Positions 13,801-24,965 of a stretch of DNA of 64,000 bases are shown here, piece after piece (the first letter of the stretch is position 1; each line of letters opens with the position of its first letter). The DNA lies in contig CAIIXF020000001.1 in the NCBI GenBank assembly GCA_903813345.2, positions 17,794,001 through 17,858,000 on the forward strand, written 5' to 3'. The position numbers and the translations under genes are program-made. The DNA is from Owenia fusiformis. Lineage: Eukaryota. The notes beneath the pieces were generated by a model. The model did not search any database. It saw only the letters and a list, made by a program, of their open reading frames with translations, and was not told the origin of the DNA.

Positions 13801-16800
13801 ATTGCAGTTGATCTGCTACGGAGGACTTGGCACTGAGCTCCGGGGACGTTTAAAACAAAGCATAACTGAGACCCACTTATTTGAATAATAGATATTTTAA
13901 TAAGTAATACGCCTACCGGATAGTTTAAAAAGCCTTCGTGTAAACGTTGTGAAAAGTTATCGTAGAAGAACGATCTTTCGGAGTATAGGGTGTTTCATTT
14001 GCGCCAAAATCAAAAACCTTGCATTTGATCCGAATTGGCTTCCAACAAAATTCCTGGAAAATAATAATAAGCCATTGCATGAGGTGATTTATTTTGTTCT
14101 AGATGAAGTAGCTTAAGTTAAAGAATAAATTGTGCGAAATAGTTGATATTCCTTGGAAACAAATCATGCTCCAGGGTCTTCTAGAAATCAGACGAAATAA
14201 TGGTGGATTCGGGACAAATCAGATTTCAGGATATGTATCATGTCAGTAAAAGATTCCCCGAAATATATTTTGATGCAGAAAATCAATTATAAGTTGTCTG
14301 ACTTTTTTGCACGTTGCACGTTACTTGTGAACATTAAAGTAACAAAGCTACAAGGTCATTTTTGAAAATCATTTTACGTCCGGTGTTATTTCAAAATGGG
14401 AGAGGTTTCTTGATAAAGCCTAGTATTCTTTCAGACTTTGCTTGACGTAAATAAGCATCATTTTTATTAAATAAAATTCAAATTAAATTGTCTACTTAAC
14501 TTAATAAAGTTATGAAAATGAATTATATTTCCCCTCCCAAATAGGTTTTTTCTTTACAAATGAGAATTCAAATTTAAAGATGCTTTAATACATAATCCAA
14601 TGGGTTTGTTAGGATTGCCAAACTTTTGGAGGGGATGTAATTGTACAAATTGCATTGTTTGAGGAACCCTAATGAAGGGGGGATTTGTGAATAACATAAA
14701 AATAGAACCCCCGGTCATCAAATCCTGGCTACGCCACTGAATAGGGAGTTGAAAATACAGTTTACTGGTCTGTTAACCTAATATATTATAATCTGTCTCC
14801 TTCGTGATTCTGACAAAATACTACAGTAAGTGTGGCTTTTTCAGATTTATGTTTTTAAAGTTTTTAAAAAAATTCTATGTTTATCAGGTCTAGATTTGGT
14901 CATTTTATAAATGTTTAAGTTTTTAAGGCGCAGTTTTGGTCTATACGCCTGTCAGTGAGGTCTATTCTAAAATGTTCTTAGTTTATCAGGTCTAGATTTG
15001 GTCATTTTGAAAATTGTTCAAGTTTTTCAGGCGCACTTTTGGTCTATACGCCTTACAGTGAGGTCTATTCTAAAATCTTCTAAGTAAATGTGGTTTAGAT
15101 TTGGTTTTTAAGGCGCAGTTTTGGTCTATACGCCTGAAAATAAGGTCTATAACTGGAATTAGTGTGAGTAAATGAGGCTAGGTTTTGGTCTAAGCCTTAA
15201 AAATACCTGTAAAAGAGGCATACTTTTAGTCTAGACCTGAAAGTAAGGCGCATTTAAGGTTAACTTTTGGTCTACGCCTCAAAAACCTGATGATAGGCTG
15301 GGATGGATGGTTTGAAACATTTTTCTACTTCATGGCAGTTTAATTTGCTTTCATAAACAAAACCATTATATATATATTATTATATAGTGAGATGTGTTCA
15401 CTGGGAGAGGTCTAAGGAGATTGCTCCCAGAGTGCAGCATTGATATTCTGTCCCGTATATGGGCATGTTGTAATACAAAATTCGAATTCAAATTGTTCAC
15501 TAGATTTGAAATGTGAATTTTGGTCTTCTTACGAAAAATTTCAAAACTCACAAGAAATGATCGAGATATTGGTTCGATTCTTTTGAACTGTTTATTTTGA
15601 ATTTATTGTCAGTTATAAATTCAGAAAATAACAACATTTTGACATTTTCATTGTTGGAAAATATTGAGTTTCGATCCGGGGAGCTTATCCTCCTTGGGGA
15701 GAAGTGTTCACTAACACAGGTTTTACTATTACTCTTCTTGAACTCAATCAAATCGATCTAATTTTTAGTTACAAACACATTAGTATTTGGATCTTAAAAT
15801 TACCTTTAATTGTTCTGAAAGTTACCTGATCAGAAAATAGGGTTTTTGGTTGATCTTCACCAGCATCATCAACAGGTATAAACTCATAGAAAATGGCTTC
15901 TGGGAGGAGAACATATTCCCTCTCAGCTCTTCTAGGCCAGATGTTAATTCCACAGAAGCCCTCTGTTGCTCCATAGAGCCTGTTGTAGAATGGAATACCC
16001 TTACAGTAGATATCCTTTAGGGCATCACCATATAATTCCATACTCCCGGTGTCTATCACTTGTATCACACAGCACCTTGGCCACAGCCTTTGTATGATTC
16101 CAACAAAACCTTTCTCTAATTCAGCCTCAATTTCATCAGCTCGTTTAGGATTTTGTGTCAATTTACTTTCAAGGAACTGCAGCTTTTCATTGGGAACATT
16201 CAGTTCTCTATTGATGGTGCCATTTCTGACATCTTTTACCAGGAGATGGCATTTCTGCTCTAAAACCTTCATAGCTGTATATAAGCCAAATGAGAAGATT
16301 CCCTCTATCGCAATTATGTGTTTATCATGTAGTCCAAACAGCAGGTGCACATACATTCCATCAGGTCCACTTGGTAGTTCTTGAGCCTCCTTTGGACTTG
16401 TGAAGTTGAACTCTGGTTTTAGATTATCCATAGTTGCAGAGATAGGCCCTAAGGGAATACCTCCCTCAGTTTCCTTCACAAACTTTCTGAAATACAGACC
16501 TAGAACTTTCCCCAACTGCCACATACCAGGAAACTCATCTAGTCTACAAGCGTTGCAAATCTGAACTGGTTCTATAGCATATTTCTCCAAGCATCTCTCG
16601 GTTATCGGGAAATATGTTTGTTTCCCTGTTGTGCCGGATGTCAAACAGATAGCTTTTGGGCGGTCTTGTACAAGAATCTTCTCCTCACCTTGGAAAATCT
16701 TCTCAACATAACTCTCATAATCAGCATACTTTGTCAGTTTGTGCTGTTTGACCAATTCCTCTCTGGTCATCTGGTGGGTCAGTCCCTTATCCTTACCATA

Positions 16801-19800
16801 TTGTGTCCCTTCGCTATCTAACAGAAGTTCCCGAAGTGTTTTAGCCTGTAGAGCATTAAAACTTTTGGTTGCTTCATGAAATTTTGAAAGTTTTGATCTG
16901 TTAACAAGCCAAGTAGACCACTTGTTGAGGTGAAGGAAGATAAGGGTCATCCAGGGGTAGTTAGTATCAGGTGCGCATTTAGAGAAGAAGTCAAAGAACA
17001 CCAAACTTGCAACAGCCAGTTGAGGCACCAAACAGGCTCCTTGAAAAGTTAAATAAATTGACCATGATCTACATATTATAAAAAAGTGAATTAAAATAGA
17101 TTGTACAGGTTAGGGAAGTTATAATATTAATTTTATGCACAAATAATTTTATACACAAATTGCTTAAGTCTTCCTTAGCTCTCCTGGTTTAAACAAAATA
17201 AAAAAGTAATAGAGGCGGCTCTCTCATGATTTTGTTTTTCAGTTCCTTTTAAATGTGCAAACCCACCTGCAATTTTCCATAGTGAATCTGCCTCAAAGAG
17301 AACATACCATGATAACTCTAAGACCAGCAATACACACCAGATAGCCAGACAGAGTACAATATTCCTCTTAGTAACCATTTCAAAAATCAATCCAGTTGAA
17401 TCAAATCTTAAGTATCGTGAATTTGTTTGATTATTAAATATTACTTAAATTTCTAGCAAGCAGCGACCTTAAATAAGACCTTGTGGTTATTGTTAGAATA
17501 GACCACACTACAAATTAGACCACACTTGAGTATACGACGATACATGTTCATTGATAAGCAACTATAGAGACATATTTGAACATATTGTAATTGTACTGAT
17601 TAGATGTGACATTTTGAGATTTAATACAATGTAAAGATAGACTGCCAATATATATTGTATAAGTGCCAAAGGATCCGGGAAAGGACTAAAAAGTATTACA
17701 GAACACAGCAAGAAGAGGACAAAAGTCATAAGAAAAACAAAACCCAACTATCCCAAACCATAATCTATGTGAAAATAGCAATGTCTAATACCCCCCCCCC
17801 CCCTCCCCACCATTCAAGTACCATTATCACGACCAAGACTTTTAAAAGATTTGACATTTAAAATTAATGACAAACATTGTAACATGAAATGATCAGTCCC
17901 TTGATTTGATTCTAATTGCAGGTGGTGCTTCAGTCCTTGGCTATACCTGTGACATTACACAAGAAGCAGACATTAATAAGACAATTGCAGCAATCACAAA
18001 AGATATTGGACCTATTGCTATATTAGTGAACTCTGCAGGAATCAACAAAGATGGACTTCTGATGAAAACAAAATTAGAAACAATTCAGAATGTTTTACAA
18101 ACAAACCTTATTGGTCCTATGCTGACATCAAAAGCTGTCTTGAAGTCAATGATCCAACAGAAAGAAGGGTGTATCATAAATATAGGTAATGATGAGTTTT
18201 ACTTTCAATAGCACCTGGATGCTACTGGGACCGCCTAGAAGTTGGTCACATATCAAAGTTTTTTTAAGGTGGGAAAGAGAGGCTTGAAAATTGGGTCCAA
18301 GAAAGGGTGTTCATGTTGAGAGGTCTAAGGATTACAGATGTGTTTGGATAATAGAGGTTTCACTGTATCTGGTTGATTTAAACATATGTCATACAAAGCT
18401 GAGGTAAATTAGGAGTAAGCTATAAAATATTGAAGTTGAGTTAAAAGTAATTCAAAACTTAAGTGCTGTGAGTAGGCTTCCTGTACCTTAATTGTGAAGA
18501 CAGCACTTCCATTGAACAGGAACACATACAGTAGAACCTGTGGAAATAGAACACCTTTGGTACACCAAAAGTTTTCTTTGGGATGTTCCACTCATAAAGC
18601 CTCATTTACATTAGTCATTGGGTCATAGAAACAAAGGAAATTGTTCTACTTATGGAGAGGTTCCACTCATAGATGCTCATTAGCATTCTAGTATTTTGGT
18701 CATGGCACCCATGAAATTTAAGTGTTCCATTTACAGAGGGGTTCCACTTAATAGGGGTGTTGTCTTTTTCACAAGGTTTTAGTTGTCTTTTTTCCAGGTA
18801 GCATGGTTGGTCAGCATGGTAATGTTGGACAGTGTAGCTACAGTGCCTCAAAGGCTGGGCTAGTAGGTTTCTCTAAGTCCCTGGCCAAAGAGGTGGCCTC
18901 AAGAGGAATAAGGTGCAATGTCATTGCCCCAGGTAAGTACAGGGGGGTGCTGGAGTAATAACACCCCTTTCATCCTTTCAAACTGTTCGTTTTTATCGCA
19001 CTTTGAAAAAGTGCTATATTGTCGTCGTCTTGTGCTGTTGGGCGGGCGTGCGGTCGTGCGGGCGTGCGGGCGTGCGGGCGGCACATAAACCAAATCTTGT
19101 CATCAAATTTCCAGGATAACTGCTTACCTGTTCAACTTAAAATTGAAGATTGAAGATGCAAGAGCAGACTAGTACCAAGATCTGATTAGGTTAAGGGCAT
19201 GCTGGGTAAACTACGTGGCGGCCATTTTGAATTTTTCAACAAATCTTGTCATCAAAATTCCAGGAAAACCACTTATCCGTTCAACTTGAAATTTTTACAG
19301 ATGCAAGAGCAGACTATAGCCAAGATCTGATTAGGTTTTGGATATGCTGGCTGAATGACATGGTGGCCATTTTGAATTTTTCAATTTGGCGGCCATTTTG
19401 AATTTTTCAGCTTGCTCCAAATTGACCCAATTTTTTTTTAAAAAACATCTACAAGTTCTCAGAAGTTCAAATCTGACCTTAGATTTCAGATTTGACCTTT
19501 CGTTGACCTTCAGTGGCCTTGAAAAGGTCAAAAAGTTGATTTTCTAAATTGATATTTTGGATTTAAATTTAGGTCAGCTTAATTACAAAACACCTACTGA
19601 GGTCTGAAAAAGTAAAATTTTCAAGGTCGAAGGTCATCAAATTAGGTCACAAACAATGTTATCTAAATTTTCCCAAAGTTCAAGACTACAAATAAATTCT
19701 TGTCATCAAAATTGCAGGAAAACCGCTAACCTTGTCAACTTGAAATGTTTACAGATGCAAGAGCAGACTAGTGCCAAGGTCTGATTAGGTTTTGGCCATG

Positions 19801-21748
19801 CTGGGTGAATTGCATGGTGGCCAGTTTGCTCTTCAAAGTGCGATATTTATCACTGTGTGTCTTGTTTATCACACCATCGGTGGGATATAGTCGTCATACT
19901 GGTCGTGGTCGTGGTCGTGATCGTGATCGTGGTCGTGATCGTGGTCGTAATCGTCCCGCTTTTTGTCATCGCCTTTTAAGGAAAACTGCTCATCAGATTT
20001 TCTCCAAATTCGCAGAGATGATAGATCATATGAAGTACTAGAGCTGATTAAATTTTGGGTGGCCATCTTGTTTTCTGGCGGCCATTTTGAAGGTTTTTCG
20101 AAAAATCTTGTCATCGCCATTTCAGGAAAACCGCTCATTGGATTTCCTTCAAATTTACACAAATGATAGAGGATATCAAGTACTAGAGCTGATTAACTTT
20201 TGGGCGGCCATCTTGTTTTCTGGCAGCCATTTTGAAGATTTTTCCAAAAAATCTTGTCATCGCCATTTCCGAAAATCCGCTCATCGGATTTCCTTCAAAT
20301 TTACACACATGATAGAGGATATCAAGTACTAGAGCTAATTAACTTTTGGGTGGCCATCTTGTTTTCTGGTGGCCATTTTGAAGGTTTTTCGAAAAATCTT
20401 GTCATCGCCATTTCAGGAAAACCGCTCATCGGATTTCCTTCTAATTTACACAACTGATAGAGGATATCAAGTACTAGAGCTGATTAAATTTTGGGTGGCC
20501 ATCTTGTTTTCTGGCGGCCATTTTGAAGGTTTTTCGAAAAATCTTGTCATCGCCATTTCAGGAAAACCGCTCATTGGATTTCCTTCAAATTTACACAAAT
20601 GATAGAGGATATCAAGTACTAGAGCTGATTAACTTTTGGGCGGCCATCTTGTTTTCTGGCAGCCATTTTGAAGATTTTTCGAAAAATCTTGTCATCGCCA
20701 TTTCCGAAAATCCGCTCATCGGATTTCCTTCAAATTTACACACATGATAGAGGATATCAAGTACTAGAGCTGATTAACTTTTGGGCGGCCATCTTGTTTT
20801 CTTGTTCTTGAAATTTGTAAACATAATAGGAGAACAGTTTTCCTGGTTCATAGTGTCTGCCTATTTGATGGTGTGATCTCGTTCACGTCCTGTGCCTTGT
20901 TTGTGGATTGTGTTCAGTGTCTATAGCAAATGGCTGGTGGTAACTAGAAACAATCTATAATTTAGAAAACAACACATGCATGCTTACTTTCCATCACACA
21001 ATTCAAATTGTGATGTCTTTCAAAAAGTGATTCCAATGTAAATACTTTTGATTTATTTTACTTCAGGGTTCATTGATACTGACATGGTACAAGATGTTGC
21101 CAATAGAGATAAGCTGGAGAAGCATACCTTATTAGGAAGGTTTGGTAAGCCAGAGGAAGTGGCCCAAGCTGTACAATATTTGGTGGAGGCAACATATGTC
21201 ACTGGGCAGGTCAGATTATGAATCTTAAAATGAATTACATGTAGAAGGAATAGAGGAACCATCATTTAAAAAATCATTTTAATTTTTGAAAAAAAAGGAA
21301 TTCAGATGTCTGGTCAAATATAGATTAAAGCTATTAAAGATTTTAGATGCAGAAATGTCCAAATCTATAAGAATTGAAAATACTACTAGTATGTCCACTT
21401 TTTCAATTTATTGCCAGATAAACTTAAAATTATAGGTTTTTCTTGATAGTATTTCAGAACTGTTGGACTTTTTAGGAGAGAGACATGAGACATGGCATCA
21501 AATAGTGTGAGCAGAAAGTTGTAAATTTTGACAATCGTGACAATAGTGAGCTACAATGACATTTCTTTGGCATTATCTCAATACTGTCAGTTTTCCTATT
21601 GGAAATAAGCAAAATAATTCATGACATGGTCCACTTCACCACTTTACCCTCTTTGGATATGCAACCCGGAGGCCATTTGAATTCAAAATTTTCACCATGA
21701 TTATTGTAGGTGTTGACTGTAGATGGCGGGTTTAGTTTGAACCTGTGA
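1851..21748 (+). CDS. CBR4: Carbonyl reductase 4 / mitochondrial 3-oxoacyl-ACP reductase (SDR family), 5 coding exons
   Basis: Exons 1851-2004, 17922-18185, 18798-18932, 21067-21209, 21710-21748, all GT-AG with matching phases. Motifs: Rossmann GGSRGIG, LVNSAGI, IINIGS, catalytic YSASK, NVIAPGFIDTDM, C-terminal VTGQVLTVDGG. Confidence 0.9.
2162..2552. mobile_element. Palindromic MITE with about 120-bp TIRs
   Basis: GAGTCCATTTCACTGCTTC... at the left end and ...GAAGCAGTGAAATGGACTC at the right, with near-perfect inverted arms and TA on both sides. Confidence 0.8.
2662..4669. mobile_element. Non-autonomous TIR element (hAT-like), copy 1, with dense AAAACTACCG/AATCTACCG subterminal repeats
   Basis: TIR CATACCTGCCAACCTA / TAGGTTGGCAGGTATG. 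5-bp TSD TTATT, confirmed against the empty site in the host copy at 39828-40401. Confidence 0.85.
5092..7317. mobile_element. Non-autonomous TIR element (hAT-like), copy 2
   Basis: Same TIRs and ends as 2662-4669. 6-bp TSD TACTAA, confirmed against the empty site. Confidence 0.85.
8036..8600. mobile_element. MITE with CCC...GGG termini
   Basis: TIR core CTATCACACCAAACTAGTTCT / AGAACTAGTTTGGTGTGATAG, flanked by TAA on both sides. Confidence 0.7.
8747..9321. mobile_element. Tc1/mariner-like MITE with long (about 200 bp) TIRs
   Basis: TA-CAGTGTGTCCCGAAAGTATGGGG ... CCCCATACTTTCGGGACACCCTG-TA. A related deleted copy is at 49937-50280. Confidence 0.8.
9682..17378 (-). CDS. GHDC: GH3 domain-containing protein, 6 coding exons, nested antisense in CBR4 intron 1
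   Basis: Minus-strand exons 17378-17267, 17039-15826, 11238-11111, 10766-10624, 10324-10239, 9912-9682 with consistent phases. GH3 motifs [32 protein letters not shown]. Hydrophobic N-terminus. The first exon and start codon are less certain. Confidence 0.87.
12075..14739. mobile_element. hAT-like non-autonomous element nested in the EnSpm-like element
   Basis: Imperfect TIR CATAGCCGTAGCCAG / CTGGCTACGCCACTG, flanked by AATAG on both sides (5 bp). Confidence 0.65.
12628..13362. mobile_element. pogo-like (Tc1/mariner) MITE
   Basis: TA-AGGGGACATGGGGCAAAACGGCCC ... GGGCCGTTTTGCCCCATGTTCCCT-TA. Confidence 0.75.
18991..19867 (+). mobile_element. Helentron/HINE-like non-autonomous element
   Basis: T-run start, subterminal inverted repeat ATCGCACTTTGAA / TTCAAAGTGCGAT, a GCGG/GCGT microsatellite near the 5' end, about 150-bp internal repeats, and a CTTGTTT end. 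Confidence 0.6.
19865..20902 (+). mobile_element. Second Helentron/HINE-like element containing a 145-bp tandem array
   Basis: Subterminal inverted repeat ATCACACCATC / GATGGTGTGAT, (GGTCGT/GATCGT)n microsatellite, and a CTTGTTT end. Confidence 0.62.
19963..20801. repeat. 145-bp tandem repeat, about 5.5-6 copies
   Basis: The anchor AGTACTAGAGCT recurs at 20034, 20179, 20325, 20470, 20615 and 20760. Confidence 0.92.
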
Positions 21749-23657
21749 CATCCCCAAAAATGTAATGTAGAAAAGATGAACTGATACTTCAATGACAACA
21801 TTGGTTGTGACCTGCAGTAATATAAACTAGGTACAGTATGGTTTAAGGTCAACCTGCATTATGAGAATCTCCATGTTGTTTTCTTGGTTACAATTACCAA
21901 TCATTTTTATGGCTATTCATATTATTCACATGTTATTGATTAGCATTATTCATAATCAAAATGTTTGTTAGAACTACATGTATGTTGAAATGATATGAGT
22001 ACAATATCACATGGTTTACTAAAGAGAAATGATTCCTGAATGCTGTACTAATGAAAGACATTTTTCCTTTGGTATCACTAAGATTCTTAAAAAAGTACAT
22101 TTATCATATCATATTTTGGTGATCTGATGTTATCGATCCCTATTTACATAATTGCTGCTTTGTCATTTACAAATAGATTTGTTTGAAAATTTTATTCCAG
22201 TTCCTGATCAGACTATACTGGAGCAAGTTGTTTGACGATATCGATTGGAGCTGTGAATCAAGCAAGAGAATCGTATATCCATGTATTCAGATGTATACTT
22301 TGGATTACTTGTTCGTTTATCAATCCCAAGCAGTTATTCAGCAAGTACTGTATAAAGGATTTAAGGAATGAAACTCATAACTGGTGAATCTTGACAACAT
22401 AGGGGCAATTACGTCTTCCTTGTAAACACTGCATTTGTTTGAAGCTGGTACTTTCATACTGGTAATTTCATGATTTGTTGATTTATCCAAAGCCATTGTT
22501 TAATGTCATAGTTTTTTATCACAGTATTCAAATGGCTCTGTAATTTCATTAGCTAATGAAAGATAAGATGGGGAATCTAGTCTCGCTGGACCTTGTTAGA
22601 TTATAATATCAGTATTAACCATCTTGAATTGGTCAGAATAATGGGCAACAATTGAAAAGTATGTAACTTAAACAATCATATATATTTTATTTACAGTTCA
22701 TATTTACAGTTTCAATGCAAATGCAACATCATTATATACATACTGTTGATATTGAACAGTAACATGAATATTATACAAAATAATAATAACTATGTACAGA
22801 ATAACAAGATACAACAGAAAAAAGTATGTACAATTCGGCACAGAAGTCCAGAATCAATCATTCATTCATGTATGAACTGATGAATTCTGAATCCCTCTGC
22901 CCTTTTAATCCATTTTATAATAGATAATAATACTGAACCAAAAAGATTGTAATACTATAAATGTTAGTCTATTTGTTTGATGCATTTCTTGAAAAAACCC
23001 TCATCCACTCTGGACTCTGGGTACACACTTCTTAAAGGCACCCAGAACAAGAGAGGCACATCAGGGCAAATAAAAGTAAAACAAGTAGAGGTCATGCAAA
23101 ACAATTATAAAATTACAATTATAAAATTAGAATGCAAATGTTTATGCATGGTTTAATTTAAAATGCATAATAATATTATATGTATGCAACTGTACTTGCG
23201 CTTTCCCTTCATTGGGTGCTGCCAGTAAATAATAAATGATTAACAATAAAGATCTAAGATCTTGTTGCATTTAATGGCTAAAATTTTTTTGCCCTTTGTG
23301 CAATATGGCAAAAGATATGGAAGCAAAATATGATAATGATAATGCTGTATGACACTTTGGTCATCACTAGCCAATCAACAGGCAGTTTTTAGAAACTCCT
23401 GTGAACATTTAAAGAAGAGAAATCATAAAAGCTTATTGCTATTCACAGTTAAACACGAAACACTGAAAACTACTGGATTTTCTCAAATAAAATATTAATT
23501 TTTTGGCCAACAAATGTGTCCAATTGAACAACTTCTCTTAAATATATTTGACACTTAACATTATAAAGAGAAAATCCACTAATTTTTACTGTCAGTTAAA
23601 AAGTATTCGTGCATATAATGAATAAAATTGTAGAAATATGCACATATGAGTATATAC

Positions 23658-23971
23658 TATAAGTTATTGAATGATTTGAAGTGCAATACAGGATATATTC
23701 TGCTCGAGAAATTCCGTATTGGAACGAGATAAAATCAAAGTGCCAATACAGAATATCGAGAGCAGAATATATCCTGTATTGCACTTCAAATCATTCTATA
23801 ACGTTTTTATCGTGTGGTCCTCGGTATTGCTACTGAGAATGTCCCCTCCGTACCAATATTTTCTGTATTGCGATGGAGGTGATCAATGGGAACAATCTCA
23901 GTAGCAACACAGATTGGTACGGCACAAGAACTGACCAATCAGAAGGCTTCATTTTACAGATCATATGATAA
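23658..23971. repeat. Interspersed repeat of about 310 bp with an internal hairpin (copy 1)
   Basis: GAATGATTTGAAGTGCAATACAGGATATATTCTG is followed by its reverse complement about 60 bp later. A highly similar copy is at 35667-35979. Confidence 0.8.
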
Positions 23972-24965
23972 ATGTATGTACAGTAAGATAGAAAACATCA
24001 CATAATAAGTTAACAGTATGATCAATAGTCAACAGTTGCAGCTAGCACTGTAACTTCAGATCAAAGAAATTATATACAATAAAATGTAAGATTTCGTGTA
24101 ATAAGTCAATTATGTAATATATACAGTTGTATAGATAAGACTAAATGTGCACTTTGCATCATTCAGTTAAAATCAGTTATAGAAAATAAAATGTTAAACA
24201 TAACACTTTGTGGAATGTATTAATGTATAAATAATGTATAATTAACCACACATTATGTATGTATAAAAAAAGTGCCATAGTCAGCTAGCGATATATACAA
24301 AGCCATTAGATAAACAAAATAATGATTACAATAATGAGTATAGTATTTAGACTGGTAACCCCTCTCCCTTCCATCAATTGTTTCTCCAATTTAGCAAGAA
24401 GGAAGGAGGGGGGGGGGACAGTATCAATACTGGACAAAGTAAGTATGTGCAAAATGAATAACATGTACATGCACCATGATATGTACAAAGTTCTGTTTCA
24501 ATCATGAAAATCAAATACACTGTATTATAAACACAATATCATTAAAATATTTACATGACTAGACATTCTAGTTTGAATACTAGTTGTCAGTTTGTATCTA
24601 TTAACATAAATTCATAAAGTAGGCTTATGCCTTTTGCAGTTCGTGTCATGCTGATAAACAATATCAGCATTTAAATGTACAACAAAATATGTACAACTTG
24701 GCAAAAATCACTTGAAAATATACTGCTGTTATATTCTTTATGTACATTTAAAAATAAAGGTTTTTGTTATCATGAAAAGAAAATATGTGTATTTTTCATG
24801 TTTTTGTTATCACTGTCCATAGGTTTGCTGCTGTGGTTGCTGTTTGCTTCTGTGACCCTCTCTAGGAATTCAGTCTGTTATATGTTACATCATTTCAATT
24901 TGGATTCATGTTTGAACATGTGTGTTCTTAGTACAATGTTCTCCAACTAGTCCTTAACTATTCAT

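Larger units (their letters stand above)
11297..15302. mobile_element. CMC-EnSpm (CACTA)-like non-autonomous element with nested insertions
   Basis: TIR CCCAGCCTATC / GATAGGCTGGG, 2-bp TSD AT, and many subterminal AGGTCTACTTTTGGTCTA-type repeats at both ends. Confidence 0.75.

Noticed and set aside
17562-17747. Hydrophobic minus-strand ORF upstream of GHDC as an alternative first exon
   Set aside because: It starts with TTG, I found no convincing in-phase donor, and T-rich DNA readily gives hydrophobic translations.
19869-20747. Repetitive ORFs, including the HDHDHD and GRGRDRD peptides
   Set aside because: They are translations of a hexanucleotide microsatellite and the 145-bp tandem repeat.
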